Assembly: GCF_009914755.1 (NCBI RefSeq)
Contig: NC_060936.1
Length of the DNA stretch: 64,000 nt
Source: the human T2T-CHM13v2.0 reference genome, Homo sapiens
Strand: one strand, 5' to 3'
The translations under genes were made by a program, and so were the position numbers. The number at the start of each line of letters is the position of its first letter. The stretch's first letter is position 1. Positions 53,606-64,000 of this stretch are shown here, piece after piece. A model generated the notes under the pieces. The model saw nothing but the letters and a program-made list of their open reading frames with translations. It did no database searches and was not told the origin of the DNA.

Positions 53606-53949
53606 CGCAAGAACCATGTGAATTGATAGAGCCCAGAACAAAGGTTATCATGACCTTGACCTCTCTGTGCACTAGCAGAGCTGCGATTGGTATAAAATAG
53701 AGACACCAGGGAGGAAAAGAACTTGCAGAAACCCAAAAAAGCCTAACCCCAGGAGTACAAAGTGGCAGCTCAACAGGAAAAGGAAAGAACTTAAGGAAAT
53801 GTTTGCTCACCTTCATTCTCTGGACTCCGTGTGTGTTTATGACCAACTAAATGTAAAACTGTTTTCTTTCTAGTAATACATTGCACATACACACACATAA
53901 CCAAGGGGTTATACTATTATAGTGCAATTGTGATTATTTTAAAAGATTA

Positions 53950-54332
<383 letters not shown>

Positions 54333-54985
54333 AAAAGGTTAAAAACAGCTGGAATGTGTAAAAAAAATTGAAGATAAGGGAATCTAGTAGGAAAAAAGTT
54401 TAGAAGAGAAAGTGGGTGTCACTAAGAATCCTACTTCGGGAATGAGGCAGGATCATTTACTGAGATTTAATTCATATCAATCCTCTCTTCCATTTTCTTT
54501 CCACCTTGCCAAACAGGTAGCCAGATCCTTTGAATTTCCTGATTCAAGTATTGTGCTATGCAAACAGCAAAAGACCAGCTTCATAGAGGACACCATGCCA
54601 GTGTTTAGAGGGTAGGGAGAAAAAGAAAAAGACCCATAACTTAAGAACAAAGTAAAGGGAAGTATACAAATAACAGAGGCACACCTGTGCAAAGAATGGC
54701 CCTGCTCTGTAGCACTAACCTGAGAAGTTAGCTAAACTCGGGGCATTGCTATGTGGTCACTCAGGAACACTGGACCCTAATCAAAAGTAATAATTTCTAT
54801 GTCCCAAGCCTAAAACAAAAGCCGCACAGTTGCCAGACTTGGAAGGAACATTGACAATAGGCATCGCAGAGTTTATCAGTAAGGTAAGAGGAGTCTCCTT
54901 CTTATTTTGGTGCAGCCTAAAATGTCTCAGAATTTTGACAATCTGGTGGAGTAGAGGGAAGATGACATTAAAGATTAAAATTGCT

Positions 54986-55129
54986 GCTGAGCATGGTGGC
55001 TCGTGCCTGTCTTCACAGCTACTGAAGAGGCTGGGGAGGATGGCTGAAACCCAGGAGTTCAAGACAGTGGTGAGCTATGATTGCACCACTACACTTTAGC
55101 CTCAGTGACAAAACAAGACCTCATCTCTA
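54986..55129 (+). mobile_element. Free right Alu monomer (FRAM/FAM-like)
   Basis: Single right-type monomer with almost no tail; TSD attaaaattgct (54974-54985) / attaaatttgct (55130-55141). Confidence 0.85.
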
Positions 55130-55425
55130 ATTAAATTTGCTACCAGCCCTACAGGATGGGAACTCAAAGGCAGATTTAAGTTGATTTATGGGGAAAAAAA
55201 AGTCTCAATCCTTATATACCAGAGTTTACAGTTAAAAAGCTAGACTCATTAGAAAAAGGAAAGAATATGGACTAGGACCAGACTTATGAAGACATTAGAA
55301 GAGGAGGGCCTATTTTACTTGTCATCATCTATTTTTGTCTGCCTTGAGAGAAAAGGAAAATAAGTATGCCATTGGGGAGATCCTGCAGATATGATGGTGC
55401 TAGACCTGATCTTAGGGTAAGTGCC

Positions 55426-55808
55426 TGTCTTAGTCCAGTTATTGCTGCTATAACAAAATGCCTGAGGCTGGATACTTTATAAACAATAGAAATGTTTCTT
55501 ACAGTTCTGGAGGCAGGGAAGTCCAAGATCAAAGCACCAGTAGGTTCATCATCTGGTGAGAGTCAGGTCTCTGCTTCCAAGATGGCGCCTTGAACACTGC
55601 ATCTTTCAGAGGAGAGGAATGCTATGTCTTCACATGGCATAAGATGGAAGGGCAAAGAAAGGTAAACTCTCTCCATCAAGCTGTTTACCTAACCCCACTC
55701 AGGAGGAAGGACCCCTCATGGGCTAATTTCCTCTTAAAGGCCCCTACATCTTAATACTATCACATTGGCAACTCCCCGTTTTAGAGATAACACATTCAAA
55801 CCACAGCA
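55426..55808 (-). mobile_element. MST (MSTC/D-like) solo LTR
   Basis: tgtcttagtcc...cacattcaaaccacagca; perfect TSD gtgcc (55421-55425 / 55809-55813). Confidence 0.92.
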
Positions 55809-57449
55809 GTGCCTAATGCAATACCTGATGCATGAAAGCGACCTACCCTAAAAGCTGCCAGGGGCTATATTCAAAGTACCAGACAACCTACAGAACCAGT
55901 GATTGCCATCTCTAGGAGAAGGAATTTTGGAAAAGCAAATAAATGTTGAATCATAAAGGTTGGACCTTGGAATATTTATGCTGCCTTTCTAATAACGAAT
56001 TTATTTTGCCTAGTGGGTTATCTATCTCTCAAATTCTTAGTAACTACAAAATACTGAATATTATTCCAAAAACATCAGGGTTCAGTGTTGCCTTTATGTA
56101 CTTTCTGTGATCACACCACTCCTTCTAGGTCCCCTCCAACTGAAAGAATGCGACATAGTGCAACTACTTTGAGTTTGCTGAAAATTTGCCGATGTGAATC
56201 AAATAATACGGGGGGAGTGGTAGGGGACTCTTAAAATTTAGAAAGGAAGGAATGCCTGACTTCTGATTTGTCAATCTGTGAAGGTTTTCCTTAGAAGTTT
56301 TAGAGTACTTTCATCACTAATTAATAAATAATGATGTGTCAGACAAGCAAATTTAATACTGAGAAAACTAACAGATACGCTTTTCAAAAGCTATTAACAC
56401 TGACTTCATCTCATTTAAGTGCCATTATTTCAGTGTTTTGTTCAACGAAAACTGACACTTGGTATATTAGACCAATTATGAGATAGAAAATCGTGTGCGA
56501 AATAATTACAGTCAAGCCCTCACTGTCAGGTTGCTATCTTCCTTTCCAACTTCTTTCTTTCCACAGCAAGTCATTTCCTCTAGCCACTAGTCTCTGAGCA
56601 TCTCCCAAATCCTCACTTCCTCCCCCATGTCTTTACTTATAAAATTCCTCCCGCAATTGTGCCCCTTCTAATTGTTTTGTGGACCAAAACCAAGATTTAG
56701 TCATCCTTGTATCCCCTACAGGCCCTAGCATAGCGCCTGCACATAAAAAGCTATACAACAAATGCTTGCTGAAGTGAATCGAATTTTTATTGTTGACTTC
56801 AGTCATTATTATAGCAATTCTCACATCACAGGTTGCATAAGGACTTACCAACCTGTACTGCTACCCCTTCTTAATCTGACAAGAGAAACCACCTTGTTGA
56901 GAAAAGAAAATAAAAGGAGGAAAAGCAAGTGGGCAGGATGAAAAAATAAAAACTGTACTATTGAAGTCAATTCCATGGAAGAACCATTTCTTTACTACCT
57001 TAAATAGGTGTGTTGGTCAAATGTACAATGTTAAAGAAACATTCCTATTTAGTTAATAGTGCATGATAGACCTCATCAGAGTTAGTCTCCATTCTTTGGA
57101 GGATTCTGTAGGGTTTTTGTAGGCTAAAAAGCTTCAGTTTTAGGAAAGTTTGGACTACTTTCTCTTGAAATTGCTTGTCTTTTGGATTTCATCCCTCTCC
57201 AGGGCATATTAGAAGAGTGAATCAATTCTACTTAAAGTGAAAGGACTTGGGTAATTAGGTGAACCATTCAATTTATTTAGAGACAATCCTTAGATGTGTG
57301 AAATAATTTCAATAAAACTCATTTTCATGCCAAGATTGATATGGACATTAAGCTCTTCTGTTAGCAGACATAAGTGCAGTTCACATATTTCATACATAGT
57401 CACCTCAGTCTTTGTGATTTTAAAATATGTAAATGTTTTGTGCTTAAAT

Positions 57450-57700
57450 AATAATGAAGATGGTAGTGTTTATGAAATACCTACTATGTGCCAGTCCCCA
57501 TGATAAGCACTTACCACAGAATGATTCAGCTTAATACTCATTAGTAATAACAGAATTGATATTTTCTTTTAACAGATGAGAAAACTAAACCAAAAAGAGA
57601 TTAAATAACTTGGCTAGGGCCACACAGTCTTGCAGCAAAGACAAAGTCAGACCAAAGACAAATTCCACGGTCCTCACTCTTAATTACTGTATCATGTTGT
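57450..57700 (-). mobile_element. MIR
   Basis: cctactatgtgccag...acagatgagaaaactaa...ttaaataacttggctagggccacacag. Confidence 0.75.
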
Positions 57701-58299
57701 GGCCCAAGTTCACAGTGTGTCCCACTAATTAGGTGGCACCTGTGATGGCAGCAGTTTGAAAAAAGTTGATCAATTTACTATATAAAATTCTCATCAATAG
57801 GATTTTAAAAAGAGATAAGAAAGTAAGCAGGCAGTTGTAGTTTTCCTTCTAATGGAAAATTTGAGAATAGATACATGTTACTCTGCCAGGCCCCACTGAA
57901 GCAGCTAGGTGGGGAGGAGGCTTCTACCAGATTGCTGTAACCAGACACGCCTAGCTGAGACTGGATGAATGGTTGTGTGAGGAGGAATCTGTAACTCACA
58001 GAAACCTTACTGTCAACTACCCAGTACCCACGTGGTTATGTGAACAAATATCTACTTGCCTGTCATCATATTGAAAAGGCTTTGTTCTGCTTACCAGCTT
58101 TGTGCTGATTTGTTCCAAGGCCACAAAGAAAGAAAATAAAACAGAAGGTTGATGATTACTCAGCTATGCTGTGCTAGGTAAACTTTTCAACATGCTTAGC
58201 AGTGATTTGAAAACATAAATAATTCTCTTACCATATTTTCAAATGGCCCAAAATGGAATGAGAGAGCTAATATTATTAAGGCAATAAGTAGAGATATGA

Positions 58300-58715
58300 A
58301 ATTATCTCAATAAACCAGAACATTAGAGGAAACCCAAGTAAAATTTAATAAAGTCATGGATTTTAGTTCAAAATTCGTAGAAATTGAGTGCAGAGTGAGA
58401 GGGAGTTGGATGAACTTTCTGCATCAAAAGGCATTGCACAGGATGTAGATTGCAATCCATAAGAAGCCAGAATTTTCCAACAGTCTTAATCAACATTACT
58501 ACCAGGCTAGGGTCTTTATCAAGAAAGGTGATGGTGATGGAAGATTATGTTCAGTTTAGATGCCACTATTTAAGAACAAGTCTATCCAGAGAAGGAGAGT
58601 GATCAGAATAATGAGAGCTTCGGGAACCTGTGCATGTAACGAATGGATAGAGGAACAGAGGAAATTTAGCCTGAAGAGGAAGGCACTACAGGTGAATTTG
58701 ATAGAGCTCTTCGTG
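58300..58715 (+). mobile_element. L3/CR1 fragment
   Basis: tatgttcagtttagatgccactatttaagaa...gaggaacagaggaaatttagcctgaagaggaag. Confidence 0.6.
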
Positions 58716-59063
58716 ATGTAATGGAAAGTGTGCTGAGCCTGGAGACCAGTCTCAACCGTAGTACTCTGAAAACTAGGGCAACCACTTAACCAGCCAAACT
58801 CTCAGAACCTTAAGCCTACGTGATTTGTTTATCCCTAAGTTATCTAGACTCAATAAGCTGGGTACTGAGAACACAGAAATAAAGAGAAAAGCTGTGGACC
58901 TTGAAGAGCTTATAGGCTTGTGCCTAATACAGACGAGTTTCAGACTATTAACATACAGAGTAATGATGTCCTGGGAATGATGTTCTGGGAGCTCAGAGGA
59001 TGGGCAACTCACCTTGAAACAGGGCATTTTGACCAGCCTTTTTGATACAATCCTTTTATATGG

Positions 59064-59552
59064 TGTATTAATTTGCTAGGGCTGCTGTAACAAAGTACCA
59101 CAAACTAGATGGCTTAAACAACAGACATTTACTGTCTTACAGTTCTGGAGGCTAGAAGTCTGAGATCAAAGAGTCAGCAGGCCTGGTTCCTCCTAAGGCC
59201 TGTAAGGGAGAATCTGTTCCATGCTGCTCTCCTGGCTTCTGGTTGTTTGCTGGCAATCTTTTGCTTTCCTTGGCTTGGTGATGCATCACCATGATCTCTG
59301 TCTTCATCTGCACATGGTTTTCTCCCTGCATCTCTTCACATAGTCTTTCCTCTGTGTATGTCTGTCTCTGTGGCCAAATTTCCTTTTGTATTATATGTAA
59401 GAACAAAGTCACATTGGATTAGGGCCCACCCTAATGGCCTCACCTTAACCGGATCATCTGCAAAGACCCCATTTCCAAATAAAGTCACATTCACAGGTAC
59501 AGGGGGTTAGGATTTTAACATCTTTTGGGGGGACAAAATTCAATCCACAATA
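59064..59552 (-). mobile_element. MLT1C-like solo LTR
   Basis: tgtattaatttgctagggctgctgtaacaaagtaccac...aattcaatccacaata; perfect TSD tatgg (59059-59063 / 59553-59557). Confidence 0.92.
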
Positions 59553-60099
59553 TATGGCTTATTTGAAATAATCATGTCCAGATGTCTTTTTTTTTTTCTT
59601 TTTGTTACTATCTAAGCAGCAACTGCAACAAAATTTCTACTCCCATGCCAGCAGGAGCCTCTGACCCTCCACCCTGAGCCTAATACTCACCTCACCGTGG
59701 ATCCTTCTTTCATCTCTGACTCCACTGCAGAACTCATTCTCCCCTCACCTCATTCCTGAACCACATCCCCTCTCTCTCCCCACCCACAGAGGAGTAAGTC
59801 AGCAATGCTGTAAAGGTCAGCAACAGAATAAGAATAAATGTTTTAATAATTCCTTAGGATTTTTTCCTGGGTTGAAAATGTAATGGTTCATTATTTTATC
59901 CATCAAAGTGAACTCAAATGATGATGCATAAAAATGTTTCTGGAATCAAAATGTCCTCAGGGTAAAAGTTACCAAAATAGCCAAATCAAAATATCATATA
60001 ACAAATTATGTGATCCAGAAGAGTCTTGGATAGCACGCTTGTGAAGGCCACGCCAGAGCTGAGTGTAGAAGGACAAATGGAAAATTAATCAGGCAAGTA

Positions 60100-60560
60100 A
60101 AGGAACATTCTTGGCTGAAGGAAAAGCAAATGTAAAGCCACGATACCGAGAAAGTAGGAGGCATCAGAGACCCTGAAGCGGTGTGGCATGACCAGGGCAC
60201 AGAAGAAGGGGTGGCAGGCACAGACCTAACCCTCAAAGGCCTAGTATACACCATTGGTTGTCTACTCACTTTATTATTATCTCATTTATCACTGCAATAG
60301 AGAGTGAGCCGAGAATTGGAAGTAAAAAGTGGCATGCCCAGACATTTATGTGCAGTTTCAAAAGATCACTTTGGCAACCATAAGGAGGGTGGATGAAAAG
60401 GCCAAAGACTGGACATGGGAAGACCAGTGAGAAGTCTTTCTAATAATGAAGGTAAACAACGATGAAAGCTACGCTAACATGGCAAGCACGGGAAGTGGGG
60501 CGATCCTTCCCAGCTGTTTGTGGAAATATTTAGCGGGTAGAATCCACAGGATTTTAATGA
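60100..60560 (-). mobile_element. L2 fragment, followed by a MER5A-like fragment (~60580-60700)
   Basis: aaagatcactttggc...ggaagaccagtgagaag; cagctgcacatcagaggcaccttgggagctttttaaa. Confidence 0.6.
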
Positions 60561-62099
60561 GAATCTTGAGGAAGCTAAATGAATGGTTTCCAACTCCAGC
60601 TGCACATCAGAGGCACCTTGGGAGCTTTTTTAAATGTGGATTTTTCTGGCCCTGTCTGAGACTTAGTGAATCATAATGTTTGTGTTCAAGCCTTGTGATT
60701 CTGAAGGTCTTCTCCAGCCAGTCTCTGTGACGAAACGTTTAAGGGCTGATACCCAGGAGAAAGAGGAAACACTCTGTTGATTCAGGATCAGGTTTTAGTC
60801 CCATATAAGAAAAAACATATTTATAATTAAACTGTTTAAAGATAAACCATTCCCTCAGAACGTTCTTGCTGAATATATTCGAGAAGGGGCCAGCAAACTC
60901 GGTAAAGGGAGGTCGTAGAAGGGCTCTTTACTTGTCAGAAGAATGAGAGAGCCTTGAAGGCACTCCAGAGGCAGAGCTCCCCATGCACAGTGAGCGGGCC
61001 ACTGCAAAGCCAGCCAGAGCAACAGCCAGGCACTCAAAGGAAATCTGCCTGCCCAGGCCCTGTGTGTGCACCCCTTTAGCTCCAGCTGTGGCTTCAGACA
61101 CTGTCTCACTCTGACCTGGTTTAGATTCCAGGTTCTGGCCTTTGGATCTGTGTGTGTTTCCATGACAACCTCATTCTATTGGAGCCATGCTTGCTGTCTG
61201 GCTGCTGCATTTAGATTCACCCGGGTACCCCACCCTATGGTTTCAATTTGTCATGACTCCTGAGATGAGTTTGAGTCTAGCCCACCTCACACCTACCTTC
61301 CAGCCCCATTCAACCTTTCCAAGCTTCCTCCCTGCTCGTGCCCACATTCAGACTCTGCCTCTAGCTCAGAATGTAAACTACCAATTCTAACATTGGTCTG
61401 CTGGACAAAGTTTCTGTGAGATTATTAAGATCTAGCAGCTTCCCAGTACTAGTGGGCAGGAAACTACAATTATTGAAAGCACAGGCTTTGAACCCAGACT
61501 TGAATTTCAATCTGGACTGTGTTACAGTAAGCAAGTTACCTAACCTCTACCAGCCTCAGTTTCTAAAACTACGTAAAGATGATAAATGCACCTAACCTAA
61601 GTTATAAAGATACAAGCAGCATAGCCAGCTACACCAAGTGAGCATGAACAGATGACACAGCCTCTTCTGATTTTTGGTTAACAACTCAAGCATCCAGGTA
61701 TCTTTATTAACAGGATGTTCCATATCTCCCTCTTGAAGCCTAATGCCAATTAGTCCAAGAATTCTGAAGATTCATTCCATCTGAAAAGGTCAAATCTAGG
61801 TAAGTCAAAGAGAGAGCTGGAACTGCTGGTCAGTCCACGGACCCAGTTTCTGCACACAGCGTCATGAAGGCTCTTCCTCTGCTCTCTGACGAATGCTTGC
61901 TCACTATACCAGTAATGCCTTTGCTGGCTCCAATGTGTGCCCAGGGTGTCTGAGAGACACAGGGTGCCTCACTCTTGGGTTCCCAGGTAACAGCCATTGC
62001 TCTGCTGCAGCCGGCCCCTCCTCAGACTCTTACATTGGAGTCCTGTGCGCTAACTCCCAATGAGGTTCTGCCCAGAGCTCCCTTTCAAGGCCTTGAGGC

Positions 62100-62512
62100 T
62101 TACGTTAGTTTCCTAGAGTTGTCATAACAAATTACCACAGACTGATTGGCTTAAAACACAGAAATATCTTCTCTCACAGTCCAAGAAAGCAGAAGTCTAA
62201 AATCGAGGTGTCAGCAGAGCCGGTTTCTTTTGGAGGCTGCAAGGGAAAAACGCTCATGCCTCCCAGCGTCTGATGGTTCCCAGCAATCTTTGGCTTGTAG
62301 CCGCATCACTCCAATCTGTATCTTCTTTTTCACCTGTTTTCTTCATTCTGTGTAACGCTAGGAGTCCTCCCTTCTTATAAGGATACCAGTCATTGGATTT
62401 AAGGCCCATCCATTAAATGACTATAACTTTGTCTTAACTAATTACACCTGCCCACCTTATTTTCTAACAAGGTTACTTTCTGAAGTTTCAAATAAACATG
62501 AATTTGGGGGCC
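62100..62512 (-). mobile_element. MLT1C/D-like LTR
   Basis: ttagtttcctagagttgtcataacaaattaccacagact...ttataaggataccagtcattggatttaaggccc. Confidence 0.85.
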
Positions 62513-62826
62513 TTTCCTTGATAACAAGACTTAACGACCCATTTTCATAATTTCAGATCTCTGAAAGAAGAGTTTTCACACACCTTTCCTCAAGAAAATC
62601 TACTGAGCTCTGTATGCAAATTTTCCTTTTACCGTCTCCTTCAGAGCGAGAGAAAACAGATATTCATATATTTTCAAATGTCTTAATTAATAAGAAAAAT
62701 ATACTCATGGAGTCTTTCTAGCCCTACTCCCAGAATCTAGAGGGAACTGGAATAATTTTATCTTATTTTGTATGTGAAGTATATACAAAGTCTGGCACAT
62801 AGAAAGCCCTCAATTATTGGTAATTA

Positions 62827-63386
62827 CAGTCATGAGTCGCTTAACAACAGGGATATGTTCTAAGAGATGCATTGCTAGGTGATTTCATGGCTGTGAGAAC
62901 ATCATAGGGTGTACTTACACAAAGCTAGATGGTATAGCCTACTGCTCCCAGGCTACAAGCCTATACAGCATATTACCACACTGGAAACTGTAGGCGATTG
63001 TAACACAATGGTAAGTGTTTGTGTATCTAAACATAAAAAGGTACAGCAAAAATACAGTGTAAAAGATGAAAATGGCACTCCTATATAGGTCACTTACCAT
63101 GAATGGTGCTCAAAGGACTGGAAGTAGCTCTGGGTAAGTCAATGAGTGAGTGATGAGTGACTGTCAAAGCCTAGGACGTTACTGTACATTATTGCAGACT
63201 TTTAAAAGACTATACACTTAGGCTATACTAAATTTATTTTAAAATTAAGTAATTGAGCTATAATATTATGATGGCTATGATGTCACTAGGTGATAGAAAT
63301 TTTTCACCTCCATTATTATCTTATGGGACCACCATCCTATATGCAGTACATAGTTGACTGAAATACCATTATGCAGCACATGGCTG
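62827..63386. mobile_element. Tigger3 internal-deletion derivative (Tigger3c/MER7-like)
   Basis: Terminal inverted repeats cagtcatgagtcgcttaac / cattatgcagcacatggctg; TA duplication on both sides. Confidence 0.9.
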
Positions 63387-63669
63387 TATTTATTATTCCA
63401 GAAGGTAATCAAAAGTACCCTGAGGATACCAAGCATCAGGATAAAATTTAATTTGCTGGAGGCAAAATGTCTGCCTTATTTAGTTTCTAGCACAATTTGA
63501 GTGGAACTCTCAATGCAGTCTGGCAGGCTCTGTATCCCTCATATAAGACCTAGGTAAATTTTATACATCTTTGGCTCATGGATCGCACGAACAATTATGT
63601 GTATCAGAGCTCTCTAACCATCTGAACATTTCAGGGCTCCTGACTAGTGCTAACCTAGAGTAGATAAAC

Positions 63670-63790
63670 AGTATTCCATTATGTATATATACCACATTTT
63701 CTTTATCCATTCATCTGTTATTGCAGTTAGGTTGATTCTGTAACTTGGCTATTGTGACTAGTGTTGCAAAGAATACAGGACAATTCATGT
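63670..63790 (-). mobile_element. Short L1 3'-region fragment
   Basis: gtattccattatgtatatataccacattttctttatccattcatc...ttggctattgtgactagtgttgca. Confidence 0.85.
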
Positions 63791-64000
63791 TCAAAGTGGA
63801 GAAAAGTGAGATATGGACACTCACTAAGGGCTTTTGCCTTGTGACGAGCATATCTTCAGATCTACAGGTTCCATGAAACCATGGGACAGTTGTAGAGGCA
63901 GCATCTTGGGACTCTTCTGCAGTTACAAAGCAGGATCTCACTCAAGACTCCAATCTAAATCTAGACCTTTTAGGCTGAGTGGAGCCACTGTTTGACTCCC

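Overview
AT-rich primate genomic DNA (AluS/J and L1PA elements; the exact species and locus cannot be determined from the sequence alone), intronic or intergenic, with no CpG island. Most of the window is interspersed repeats: a full-length but inactivated ~6.4 kb L1PA (minus, 42946-49365), a 5'-truncated L1MA with a TSD, older L1M/L2/MIR/L3 relics, 6 dimeric Alus, 4 free Alu monomers and 1 severely truncated Alu, many MaLR solo LTRs (several with 5-bp TSDs), an ERVL LTR+gag relic, and MER1B, Tigger3 and MADE1 DNA-transposon derivatives. Almost all listed ORFs are chance or repeat-derived. The non-routine observations are: (1) a candidate 17-nt micro-exon plus terminal exon on the minus strand at the left edge, encoding a transmembrane-like segment and basic tail of a protein I cannot name; (2) a 3'-truncated U2 snRNA retrocopy with a 17-bp TSD inside an MLT1 LTR; (3) a 1.1 kb TA-rich minisatellite containing a spacer-less 92-bp perfect palindrome; (4) several short local duplications of non-adjacent sequence; (5) a repeat-free block at 27.3-28.6 kb with clustered RFX-like, CCAAT and E2F motifs. 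I see no convincing evidence for a novel multi-gene system. Repeat subfamily names come from recalled consensus sequences, and boundaries without TSDs are approximate.
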